Below are positions 23,729 to 34,970 of a stretch of DNA of 64,000 bases, piece after piece. The translations under genes were made by a program, and so were the position numbers. This DNA comes from Blepharisma stoltei ATCC 30299 (taxonomy: Eukaryota > Protista > Ciliophora). The notes under the pieces are model-generated. The model worked only from the letters and a program-made list of their open reading frames with translations, was not told the origin of the DNA and searched no databases. The DNA lies in assembly GCA_965603825.1 (NCBI GenBank), contig CBFDEM010000031.1:29334-93333 (forward strand). Direction: 5' to 3'. How positions within the stretch are numbered: position 1 is the first letter of the stretch; every line of letters begins with the position of its first letter.

Positions 23729-23829
23729 AAAAAACGTGCCACAGGCTAAGAAGGTTTAGACTGCTTAGACACTATGGCTTGAGAACAGTCGGGACATCTG
23801 ATTTTTGGCTAGGCTCCAGCCAGACCAGT
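23729..23829 (-). ncRNA. Candidate structured ncRNA of unknown family, possibly Pol III
   Basis: GC-richer intergenic island. Four helices pair fully on the minus strand through G-U pairs; it ends in T6; its upstream motif is shared with the RNase MRP gene. Confidence 0.5.
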
Positions 23830-23990
23830 AAGTTAAGTAAATTCTCTTTTATTTATTTTTACCATGCCATATCTCCTGATTTACTAGTCAAATTTTCATA
23901 TGATTTTCTCCTAAATCCATAATAAATTTCTAAGGAAATGTCCTCATATTTTTCAATTCAGCCTCACAGGCAAATCATTGGTCTAATAAA

Positions 23991-24290
23991 ATGGCAGAGA
24001 GAAATAGATTCAAATACTTTCGAACCAACAAAGTGGGAAGAACAAGCCAGCTAGATGAAGAAACTGCCTTCTTTGAAAGGAAAGAAGAAGGGTCTCCTAG
24101 GAAGATAATTTATCGCAATGAGTGTCCTAATGAGCTGAAAGCCTTCGAAGACTGCATGAAGAGCACAGGAAACAACCTCAGCGCATGTGCTTCACAAAAC
24201 TTAGCCCTTGGAACGTGTGGAAAGCACTTTTTTAAAGTCATAAACGGAATGTCGCAGCCATACGATTATCATAAAGGACTTCCTAAATAA
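23991..24290 (+). CDS. Twin CX9C (CHCH) protein, probably mitochondrial intermembrane space
   Basis: C-x9-C-x10-C-x9-C (CPNELKAFEDC...CASQNLALGTC). Confidence 0.85.
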   Translation: MAERNRFKYFRTNKVGRTSQLDEETAFFERKEEGSPRKIIYRNECPNELKAFEDCMKSTGNNLSACASQNLALGTCGKHFFKVINGMSQPYDYHKGLPK

Positions 24291-24315
24291 GAGGATAAGC
24301 TTAGTTCTAAAATTA

Positions 24316-25384
24316 TTAGCTAAAATCTCTGCCGATCTTCCAGGTACTGGAGCTTGATAAGAAGTAAAATTGTCGCAGGCTGTTGAGTCTAAGGGTGACT
24401 CTGAGTTTTGCTGTAGGAATTGCATGATACTTGGTGTCATTGTAGTTGTAGTACTCTGTGTTGTTGCGGAGAGCTTCAAAGTTTTGGCCGTCTATCTTGG
24501 CTTGGCCTGGAATCCCAATGAACGCATAAGGGTGCCGATAAGGGGTTGAAGTGACTGTTTTATAAGAAGGGTAAACTGCATTTACATTTCCAAATTCTTT
24601 AATTAAAATTCCGCCAAGGTTTTGGATTGCAATGCCTAAAGATCTGATAAAGTTCTTTTCTCACGCGTCACAGCTGATTAGTATGATAAGGTAATTTGCA
24701 TTATAACTAGACAGCTGTATCGCCAAATTAGTGGAATCAAGGACGCTCCCAAAAGTATCGTAAGTGTGGTTATACACAACAGAAAGGTCTTGGCGGTGCA
24801 AAACCATTAGGTGTAGTCCTCTAATACTTTCTGAATACAATAAATAAGAGTTCCCAAGCTTCACATAAGCCGGCATCAGGTTGTTAGACCCTGTGCCTTG
24901 GACTTCTAAAAATGATCATTTTTCCCCTAAAGAGTTAGTGATGTTTATATCACTCCAAGGGCTTCAGTCACAATTCTCAGCCAAACCTCTGACCCTTATC
25001 CTATAAACCATACTCGACACAACATTGATTTGGGCATACCGAAACTGGCCTTGGTAGCCTAATTGAAAATCATTTCACATAGAATCTGACATAAAAAGTA
25101 CCTAAAAGCATATCTGATAGAGGCGCTTGGGGATAAGTCCAATTAATCATTCCTATATTAGTCGATGTTTTTCAGTTAGTCCAATTTGGGGTCGCATATT
25201 CTACCTGATAAAGTGTCAAAGTGTATCCATTATTAGTGGGAAAAGTCCATTGCAGAGAAATTACAGATGGGGTAGGAATTATTGATATAATTTTAGGAGG
25301 GGATGACCAGGTGCACCCAGCTAAATAAAATTTACGAGGATTTCTTGAAAACACAGTATGGAATAAAAAGAATATAAGGTACAT
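24316..25384 (-). CDS. Secreted fibronectin-III plus ILEI/PANDER-like domain protein (350 aa; intron 25086-25101)
   Basis: Signal peptide; FN3 (LQWTFP..NG..LTLYQVEY; YRIRVRG...WSPWS); ILEI-like RGLHLMVL..TYDTF..LGG..YRHPYAFIG. A 16-nt intron restores the frame. Confidence 0.8.
25086..25101 (-). other. 16-nt spliceosomal intron GTACTTTTTATGTCAG
   Basis: GT-AG ends with A at position 10; removal puts the two halves of the FN3 domain in frame. Confidence 0.8.
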
Positions 25385-25447
25385 TTTATTATATAAGCAC
25401 AGGATTACAATACATAAATAAATTAATTAGCCAAAACTTGTGATCTT

Positions 25448-25642
25448 AAAAAGCAATAAGCCCCGTTGAGTTTCCATAGTTGCATAACTGTGCTATGGCA
25501 AAGACCAGGACTCCACTTCCATTAGGAATCCAGGGGTTCTCATTCAAGAGTGGTACTTTCTACCCTCGGCCCGGGGACTTTCCCCAAACAATCTTAAGCG
25601 ATAAACGCCTTTATGTGTTGTTCGATTGCAACTCTGCTTCTT
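25448..25642 (-). ncRNA. RNase MRP RNA (~195 nt)
   Basis: CR-I GAAAGUCCCCG (25572-25582) pairs with CR-V ACUCAACGGGGCU to form P4. P8 GGUA-GAAAG-UACC carries the MRP-specific GARAR loop. Also P1, P2 (AGUUGCA/UGCAACU), P3 with internal loop, CR-IV AGUUA and a T5 terminator. Confidence 0.93.
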
Positions 25643-25716
25643 AAAATTGTCAAGTCTTGTCTATTTATTTATTATTAGCCATACTTAATAAATGGAAATT
25701 AGTGTTAAAATAAATT

Positions 25717-28305
25717 TTAACAATTGTTAATAGACTTAAGAACAGCATGAATTTTTTCATATAATGGCCGTTCCCTTAACAGTCTGATGGTCTGTCCAGG
25801 TGAGTTTCCACCGTTTTCAAACCGACTTGACAAATCACAAGCTCTTCCAAAAGCTTCTAAAAATTCAATAAAACTCATTTCTATGTGCCTTTTCTTATAA
25901 ATCTCATCTACTTGGCTCATCATAGCTTGAGAAAAGCACAAATCAATCTCCCTCGCTGCCATATTATCATTCAAAAGACCCACATCGTTGCAAAGCTGCC
26001 TAAACTCTTCAAGACACATAAAATTTTTTTGTCCTGGGAGGGTTTTTTTGCCGCTATATTTTTTATAAAGCCAATCTAAGCTTGCCTTCTTAGCTTTATA
26101 GACAACATCAACTTCTTCACAAATATACCGTTCTTTTCTTCAGAGTTCTGTATTATGCTGAGGCATAATTTGCATTAAATGGTCATTGAGGAGCTTTTGA
26201 ATTGCACCAGAATATGTAGGGCAAATTTTAGTCCTCACATATCTGTCATTGGCAATCCTTACCAAGATTTCCATAAATTCATAACGAACTAGGGCACTCC
26301 CAGGGTTATACATCTGGCCTTTTTCTTTTTGGATTTTTGAAGAATTTCAGTTAACTCCTAAATCGCTGACTTCATAAAGACTATCAATAATTCCGCATTG
26401 ATTTAAAAAATCAGTAAAAATATTTGAGCCAATTGAAAAAATTTCTGAGCCACTGAACGACGCAAGGTATTTATAGGTCTCTTTGAAAAAGGAATAGTAA
26501 CTGCGTAAGATTTCTTTGGTGCTTGATCTGTCGTTGCTGTCTTTAATGAAATTAGAGATTCTGGCATGTCTTCAGTCAAACTCAAAGCAGTCATTTAGAA
26601 GCCTTTGACTGTTAAAAATATAGTCTTTGAATATAGAAGTATTGAAGTCTCAAGGTGGCTTTATATATTCGTCGTCTGGAGGTTTATAGATTAACCCTGG
26701 GATTCTGGGCTTTGTGTCGAAATTTCCATAAAGCTTATATAGTTTTCCTGAGGAAGGGGTGGATTGAATGGTATTTATAGTTATAAATTCTTTGTGCTTG
26801 GCCCAAAACTCGAATTCTTTTGTTATAGGAAAATCAAGAGAATGCAACTTATAGTTAGACGACTTAGCAAACTTGCCTCTGTATGTAAAGAAAAATTTTA
26901 CTTCACCTGGTGGCACTGCCCTTATCAGCTTAAATCCTCCATCCGGTTGCTTTATCATTAAATCAGGCTCTCACTCATCACACTCTAAATGCAAAAACAC
27001 TGGATCATCCAATATTTCATCACTTTTTATATAAAATTCCATTTCAACCCACTTTTCACACACCCAGCACATGCTTTTTTCTGTATTTAAATTTTTCACA
27101 TTTGGCTCAATAATCCTTTGGAAAAAATGGCTTTGGTTATATTTTGCAATGTTCTGTGCAGGGATAATGAAGCCTCGAGAATTCAGCATACAATCATTTC
27201 CTGACATATGAATCCCCAGCAGAGAATGGTTATTTTGTATGCCTTTCCCTATTCTTTTGCATTCTTCTATAGAAAAATAGTTATATGACAAATCAATGTG
27301 GAGAAGGTTCAAGTGAACTTTTAATGCGTCTCCGACTGCACTTGCAACGCTTTGGATTGGATTATTCCCCATAGAGTTTCAGGATACATCAAGCTCTCGC
27401 AAATTTGTATTTTCTGCAAGACCGTTAAAAAGTGAAATAGCTCCTTCATCCCTGATGCAGTTCCAATGAAGATCTAGCCTCTTAATAGAGTCATTTACTC
27501 TCAATAGCTTACTTATAGCTCTACATGCAATTTCTCCCAAATTATTTCTTGCCAAATTAAGCCTTGTCAGCTGCCTATTTAGAGCTAGCGCATCACACAG
27601 TTTAGAAACCGCTACATTGCTGATCCCTGTGTTTTCTAAATTCAGGTGTTTTAAATTAGAATTGAATTTATCAACAATTTCAACAATTTTATCAACTGAC
27701 TTCATCCCAATTTTATTTTCTGCAAGGGAAAGCTCTTTTAACTTTTGGTTCGAAATTTTTGACAGAATAGTGGCGCTTCCTCGTTCAGTGAGTCTATTTG
27801 ATTTTAGGTTCAGGCTTTCTAAGCCGTGAACTCGCTTAATTCCTTCTGAGAAGGCATCAGCATAATAGTCGCCCATAGAAAAGCCGTGGATATCTAGCTT
27901 AGTCTCGCTGCCTTCTCTTCTTACAATCCCAAAAGGTTTTGGCATTAAATGGTGTGCTTGTAACTGATTTAAATAAGCGAGGTTTGGGGAGTCTTCCAGC
28001 TGCTCATAATTGTTACGTTGTGACAATTTTGGCAGATTTTTAAAGGAATCGAAGTAATCAAGCCTTGCTTCAACTCCAACAGCACTTGGAACGCTGTCAA
28101 TAGTTCCTCGCATTTTTGACTTTTGCGATTTCAAAAGAAATCGCTCAGTTATTGCAGCAGTATTCAGCTCATTCCGAGCTGAATCTCTGGGATGTATAGG
28201 ACTTTTTTGGGGCGAGTAGAACTTTTTAGGGTTTTTTGCTTTTCTTTTAAGCCTGGAAGGAGATTTCATAAGTAGAGGTAAGCTAGAGTTTCTTGAATGC
28301 AACAT
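25717..28305 (-). CDS. RI-like leucine-rich-repeat protein with a C-terminal helical/EF-hand-like region (862 aa)
   Basis: Four ORF pieces form one frame with UGA=Trp; LxxLxLxxNxI repeats (one continues LRELDVSWN through TGA); likely start MLHSRNS at 28305. Confidence 0.85.
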
Positions 28306-28378
28306 TTTAATTACAAATTCTCTATTTAATGCAAAAAAAACTATCAAAATACAGTTATTTAATTATACTAAATTTTCA

Positions 28379-29137
28379 TTAATTAACCTCTTCATTATTC
28401 TTATGAACCCTCGTCTTCAAGTGGTCTTTCAAATGTCCCTTCGTTTTGAAGGTCTTTTTGCACTCTTCAAAAGGACACATAAATGGTCTTTCCCCAGTGT
28501 GTGTTCTCATGTGAATTTTCAAGTTCCCGCTCTCGCTGAAGGCTTTTTTGCAGTGTTCACAGCTGAAAGGCTTCTCCCCCGTATGTATCCTTACATGTAT
28601 CTTCAGTGTGCTGCTCCTCATAAAGGAGCTGCCACATTCCTTGCACACAAACGGTCTTATATTATTATGCCGCCTGCTATGATCTGTCAGGTGCCCCTGT
28701 GTTGTAAACTTCTTGCCACATTCCTGGCACTCATAAGGCTTTTCTCCAGTATGAGTCCTCATATGAGTCCTCAGGTTTCCACTCTCACAGAATGCCTTCT
28801 GGCATACTTTGCAGACATAAGGCCTTTCGCCTGTATGTTTTCGCATGTGGACTTTTAAAGTACTCGGTCTGGTATAGGTGCGATTGCACTTTTCACAGAC
28901 ATATAAGGACTTTGAGGAGAGAATTTCTGGGGTGTTTGGCGCGGTCGACAAGCTGGGCGAGGCTGAAACTGTATATACTTGTGCATAGAGACAGTCTTGA
29001 AATGGGTTAGCAAGCAGGGAGTACTGTAAGCAGTATAAATTTAAACGCTCTGGAGAAAGTTTGTCAGCGCCTTCTTCAAGTTTTATGGGTTTTGCCGCTT
29101 TTGGTTGGGCTAGGCGCTCTTCTTCGTCTTTCAGCAT
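28379..29137 (-). CDS. C2H2 zinc-finger transcription factor with six fingers
   Basis: Six C2H2 fingers, mostly joined by TGEKP/TGERP linkers. Confidence 0.95.
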   Translation of the reverse strand: MLKDEEERLAQPKAAKPIKLEEGADKLSPERLNLYCLQYSLLANPFQDCLYAQVYTVSASPSLSTAPNTPEILSSKSLYVCEKCNRTYTRPSTLKVHMRKHTGERPYVCKVCQKAFCESGNLRTHMRTHTGEKPYECQECGKKFTTQGHLTDHSRRHNNIRPFVCKECGSSFMRSSTLKIHVRIHTGEKPFSCEHCKKAFSESGNLKIHMRTHTGERPFMCPFEECKKTFKTKGHLKDHLKTRVHKNNEEVN

Positions 29138-29159
29138 TTCGGGCTAATTATATAAGAAA

Positions 29160-29230
29160 TCCGCGAAGATAAGAAGTTTTGACCAATCAAGATTTAGTCG
29201 GATAAGAAGAGCGCGAATTTTTGGCGGATA
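29160..29230. promoter_or_regulatory. Putative bidirectional promoter with a CCAAT box and E2F-like sites
   Basis: The 154-nt gap between divergent genes contains CCAAT (29183-29187), CGCGAA twice, TTTGGCGG (29220-29227) and GATAA three times. Confidence 0.4.
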
Positions 29231-29291
29231 ATAGCATTTGGGTTTATAGCATTAGCGGTTTATTAAGAAATTGATTAATTATATTGATAAA

Positions 29292-30716
29292 ATGGCCTTT
29301 GTCAGGAGAAATTTCGGACTTTTTGGCAAAATTTTCGGAAAAACAGAAAAAGAAGCACCTAAACTGAAAGCGAAAACGGCAGCAATTGCCCAGCCGCTGG
29401 CAGAGCATAAGGCAATAGAAATTGACTGAAAAACTCCGAAAATCCATGTTTCGACCTTAAAAAATGGGCTGAAAATTTTAACAGAGTCTTCAGGTTTTCC
29501 AGCTCATGTTCATTTAGGAGCTATTATTGATATAGGAGTGAGGGAAGAAACCAAAGAAAATTCAGGCGCTTTGATGGGGCTCAAGCATACTTATCTTACA
29601 AAAGCAGATGAAATTAAGAATTTTAGCATGCTTCAGATGTCAGGAGGGGAGCTTGCAATGGACTATGACCAGGAACAAACTCTTTTCCAGGGTTATTGCA
29701 TGTCTCATGATGTAGTTGATTATTTGCAATTGATAAAAACATCATTAAGAGATGAAAGAAATCAAGAAGATGAGGAAAAACTGAAAATCAGGCTAGAAGA
29801 GCTGTGAAAACTAAGGGAGATGTCACTGACTAATGAGCATAGACTATTAGAGCTGACTCTAGATGTGGCTTATGGAAATAGCGGGGTTGGAATGCCTTTG
29901 CATGGAAGCATAAGCAGCAAATTGACGCTTCAAGAGCTGAATAGCTTTGAACGAAAATTAACAATCCCTGAAAAAACAGTTCTTTTTGCCTCAGGAGTGA
30001 GAAATCATCAAGAATTTGAAGACCTTGCAAATCAATACTTTGGAGACCTCCAATCTACATCTCCCTACAATAGAGTTCCAAGCCCATATATAGGTGGCGA
30101 GCATAGAGAAATTTGTGCGACTGAAATCACTTATATGAGTCTTTCCTTCAAAGGAGCCTCCTGGACTGACAAAGATATGATCGCCTTACAGATCCTAAAA
30201 ACAGCCATAGGAGAAGCAGGGATTTTTAAGTCAGGCTTAAATTTAGGTAAAGGACTGCTCACACACTCCTATACTTCTTTTATGGACAAAGGCAAATATT
30301 TATTAGGAGTCCGCTGCATTAATATGAATTTCAGTGATACAGGGATATTTGGGATTATGCTTGCTGGGGTTAATTCCCACACTTTTAACATGTCAAATGA
30401 TATCATATCAGAATTTCAAAATTTGCCAAATATTTCAGATGAAGAAATTTCCCGAGCCAAAAATTTACTAAAAACACAGATTTTATTCCTAAAAGAGCAA
30501 ACTGGGAAAAGGCTGGAAGATACTGCCAAAATGTATCTTGTGCTTGGAAAAACACCTGATGAGCTGGATTGGATGAAAATGATTGATAATGTTACAACTG
30601 ATCAAATAAGAGAAGCTGCCAGAAGGGTCACTAAGTCAAAGCCTACGTTAATTGTACTAGGAACGCCTTCACAAGTGATCCCAAAAATTGAAGAAATAGC
30701 TGAGAGGGTTTCTTAA
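29292..30716 (+). CDS. M16B peptidase-family protein, MPP-alpha/bc1 core-like (474 aa)
   Basis: Presequence-like N-terminus (MAFVRRNFGLF); STLKNGLKI, GVREE, YIGGE, FSDTGIFG and EISRAKN motifs; no HxxEH; degenerate Gly-rich loop. Confidence 0.88.
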
Positions 30717-30729
30717 TAAGTTAATTAAT

Positions 30730-31638
30730 ATGAGAAGACACAAACTTAACCTAAAAACTTCTTTTCTTAAGAAAAATTCGAGTAAAGCTATACAACTGAA
30801 GCAGTCTGTGAGCAGGCAAGCAATACAAGAAAAGTGTATGAATGAGTTAATTGGCATGGTCATGACCAAAAGCAATTCAAACCAAAAATTTAAAAAACCT
30901 GAAAATTCTTTGACAAGCACAAAGTGTCTGCAGAACACATCACCTATAAAAGCCCCGTCGCTTGGCTTAGGCTTTCCTTTAGTACTAAAAGAAGAAATAC
31001 CTCCACTAACGAAAATTTATCCCCAAAAAATAACCCCAAAACTGCTTAATATAAAGCCTGTCCAGAAATTCCACACCCATTATATATCAGGAGAAAACTT
31101 GCCTCCAGCACAGCGGTCACAGTCTTGCACCCCAGGTATGAGAAGAAAACTTACTGAGTCCCGGCTCAATTTACGAGGAATTGATTCTGCATGCTGTGCT
31201 GTACAATGTGACTCAAAAAGCTTAAGGAAAACAGAAAGAGAAGCAAGCAAGGAAAATTCTTGCGACTTTGACAACGACAAAGAAAGAAGCCCTCCAGCAA
31301 TAATAAGACGCTCTGTATATACAAAAATAAAAAAATTGGAAAATGATGCAAATGATATGAAATTCAGGATTTCTCATTGCGAACTTATGGTTCCAAGCAC
31401 CCATGGATCGTCCCCTATAGATCAAAATGATTCAATTTCTAGGATAAGAGGATTTTCTCCATCAAGAATAAAAAAACTAGAATGGAATTGGTCGAAAAGC
31501 AACTTAACAAGGTCAAAATCTCCTAAATGTGAGAGAAGGTCGAAATCACCTAGCTGTGCGCACACTGGGGTTGTAATAACACCGATATCTAGCTCAATTA
31601 ATATAACTCCCAGGACCCTTAAGAGATATTATTGTTAA
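30730..31638 (+). CDS. Hypothetical basic Ser/Pro-rich protein (302 aa)
   Basis: Complete ATG-TAA ORF filling the space between neighbouring genes. Confidence 0.7.
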   Translation: MRRHKLNLKTSFLKKNSSKAIQLKQSVSRQAIQEKCMNELIGMVMTKSNSNQKFKKPENSLTSTKCLQNTSPIKAPSLGLGFPLVLKEEIPPLTKIYPQKITPKLLNIKPVQKFHTHYISGENLPPAQRSQSCTPGMRRKLTESRLNLRGIDSACCAVQCDSKSLRKTEREASKENSCDFDNDKERSPPAIIRRSVYTKIKKLENDANDMKFRISHCELMVPSTHGSSPIDQNDSISRIRGFSPSRIKKLEWNWSKSNLTRSKSPKCERRSKSPSCAHTGVVITPISSSINITPRTLKRYYC

Positions 31639-31642
31639 ACTA

Positions 31643-34600
31643 TTAGATCTTAAGGTACTTTCTAATATCTAAATTCATATTTTTTGTTGTGTCTTCTTTG
31701 CTGAGAATAATTACATTATTCACTTTTTTTAATAAATGCTGCCTGTGTAGGTGAAAATCTCCTCTGATAATGTTTGAATAATATAAAAGGATTGGGCTTG
31801 TGATAGGAATAACAGCTGAGTTTATGCTTGGAATGTAAAAAGGTGCCCAGGTCCCGTCTATGTATTCTCCAGCTTTTATTTCGAGGTTTGCTTTATTAAA
31901 TGATGAGATAATGTGATCAATAAGTGGCTGATCAATGCCAAAACACTTAAAATAATCAAAATCGTGTCAGAATTTCTTGACTTTTTCTTCATAAATATTG
32001 ATACTTTTGAAATCTGGATCCAGTTGGAAGTGGTCTGCAAGTAAAAAGTGCTTAAAAGTAGGCTGTTCACAATCAAAATACTTACTATTCTCGATATGTT
32101 TCATTATAAGTGATTTATTTTCTCTAAAAGCAACAAGCCCATATATTCAATTAGTATATTCTCTATCGCTTTCAAAAACAAGTGCTTTGCTTTCCACGAA
32201 ATTTATCATATTTTGAGTGACTTCACGTGCCCAGTTTTCCTGCTCAAATCTTAAATCTGCTAAACATGAGAGAGTTCCTGACAAATAAGCAGAGCTAAAG
32301 TCATTCTGCTTATTGCAAACAGATTGCACAGCTTCTCTAGCATCAAGCCCTATATCTCTGATTTTTTCAATAAGTTTTTCTCTTGATCTTTCAGGGTTCA
32401 TATATTTTGAAATATTTTGATTTTTTCATAAAATATACCCATAATCAATATCCAAGGACAAATGCTTACCTGCGAAGCTAATTAATTCAGTAAGTTCATT
32501 GAATGTCAGATACCCAATAGCTTTTAAAACAAATTCTTTTGTTAATGATGCTAAAACATTTCATAGCTCTATATGATCATTTTTGTTTGTTTCTGAAAAA
32601 GAGTTAAGAATCTGAAGTAGCTTAAAAAGAGACTCTGTATGTAATTTTGGTATATAATCTTTTAAAAAGTTTATAATAAAACTCTCTATTATCTCATTTT
32701 TCGAATAACTTAAATACCTTTTTATTGTCGTGGTCAGCAAGTTTACTCCCATATTTTGGTTGAAAACTTTATTTAGCGCCACTTTACTAATTTCCACATC
32801 AGAGCATTTTAAAGAAATAATAAGCAGCATCCAAATGTTATTTTCTCTATTAAAAGCATTATTCGAAAAGACCCTATCAGCCACTTCTGTCTCCAGCATC
32901 CCCAATCTTGCTGCTAAATATAAAACTTTTAAATTTCCCTTATCAAATAAAAAATCAACTGGCAAGTCTTTGATTAATTTATAAGACCCTGATATTAAAT
33001 CAGATATAAGGCTCAGTTCCCCTTTCATATTATTTAAATGATAAAAAAAATCATTTTTTGTGTATATGCTTTTTTCATTTAAAAAATCATAAGGATCTAA
33101 TTTGTTTAAAATCCGAAGGAAGTCATTTCATATTGCATTGTCTGAAATTTCAGTAATTTTTTTCATAGCTATTCCGATTCATATTGGAGAAAGCTTCTTT
33201 TCATAATTGGATAATAAATAATTTATTGCCTCAAAAGGACCTCCAAAATGTTTTATTGCTTCTGCAACTCCTTGTATAGAAAAAATATTGCTATTTTCAG
33301 TAAGAAAGAGTCGTCAGGCTACAGGATCTGCTTCATAAAACTTCATAAAGTAGTTCAAGTTTCAGACGCTTTTTTCAGCTTTTTCTTTATTTGCTAAACC
33401 TTTATAAATTATAGGCTGTATTGGCTTTAAAGCTCTCATAAGTTCTGTGCTATATTCTCTATGAGACATCCACTCACATAAGGTAATTACATTATGATCG
33501 TCCTGTAGAAGCCAATTATTAAGGCTGCTAATAATAATACTGCTTATTCTATCCAACCCATGGGCTTTATAGTCCTTTGTAAGAACTATGCAATTTAAAA
33601 TCCCTATTTTGTCAATCCCTGAAATATTCTCAATTTTCGAATAATCATTTTTCATAAACTTTTCTCTTGGAATAAAATTTAGTAGAGGCAAAAGCTTTCC
33701 TTTAATATTGATGTTTATTAATGAAGCCTGTCTGAATGCTTCAAAGCTTGGTATATATGTGAACTTATACCTGTTTATTTGGCTTGATAGCAATTTTGCA
33801 GTTTCTAAGTCAATATTCGGCTTCACAAAATCAAGAATTTTCCGAATATTTACCTCATTTATAGAGTCGCTGAACATTTTTGAATTAATTGTTTTCATGC
33901 AATTCAAAATTATTTTGTCGATAATTAAAACAGTCTTTGTGTCTTCTTTTAATAAATTAGCTATTTCAATCGCAAATTCCAATGTCTGGCCACTTTCTAG
34001 CATTTTATCAATTCTTTCTAAAGCACGCAGCCATAGATTTTTATCAAAAGCTCTATGAGTTTTATAAAATTTGAGAATTGATATCAAGCCATTTTCTTTC
34101 CACCTTGGTAAGGTATTTTCAACTATTTTTAAAAACATTTTGATTTGGTTTCGGTATTTTCGATTATCAAGTTCACATACCAAGCTCTCCATTATTTTCG
34201 ATAAATAGTGTGCATCAAGTTCTTCTGTTTGACTGAGACTGAATATTCTTTTCATACATATACTAAACAAGTCAGTGCTCCTAGAGTACATATATTTCCC
34301 ATTGGCAACAAAAATTTGTGAAATTTCTTCGAGGCTGAGCTCTTCAGGGTTATAAGTTATATAAGCGACCTCGTCTTCTAGCTCTTGTATATAGTAGCCT
34401 TGGGCAGGCAAGTGCTCATATATTGACATAATCTGTTTTCTATCCAGAGATTTGTTTACCAGCAGCTGAGTAATACGGGAGATCAGCAATTGCTTTTTTT
34501 CGATAGATAAAAACCGCTTTTTGAATAAGTGTGAGTTTGCCAGCCATTCACAGAAATCGACGATTCCATTAGAATCGAGCTTGCTGATGCTATTTTCAGC

Positions 34601-34858
34601 CTTTTCTATGATTTGGTATAGTTTGACCTTGGTTTCATTTGATTCGAATTGCCCTTTTTGTGATTTATTAACTGCAAGTTTGAGTGTATAAGCAAGCTGG
34701 CAAGCAGAGATTTTTGAGATGTCCATGTCGTTTAGGAAGGATTCTAGATCTTTTGACCTTGAAAGCTTCATATCAATAACGGCTCTTTCAATACCGCTCT
34801 TAGGTGTTAAGGCTGAAAATAAGCGAGTGTTCTGGATAAGCAATCGCAGTCTCAACAT
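31643..34858 (-). CDS. Large helical-repeat protein, probably mitochondrial, with a RAP-like C-terminus (1071 aa)
   Basis: Three ORF pieces plus an extension form one frame to TAA at 31643; presequence-like MLRLRLLIQNTRLFS. The CDS is firm, but the RAP/FASTK-like call is tentative. Confidence 0.6.
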
Positions 34859-34970
34859 TGAAGGTTGGTTTATTGATAAATTTTAATTGCATTATTGTGA
34901 TATTTAATGTTATTTTTATATGTAAAACAGTGAAATAATTAAGGATTTCTAATAAAGCGCATTTAACTTA

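Noticed and set aside
23729-23840. Telomerase RNA or U1 snRNA identity for the unknown RNA
   Set aside because: No permutation of the CCCUAACA template is present. ACUUACUGG differs from U1 ACUUACCUG, and the U1-70K and U1A loops are absent.
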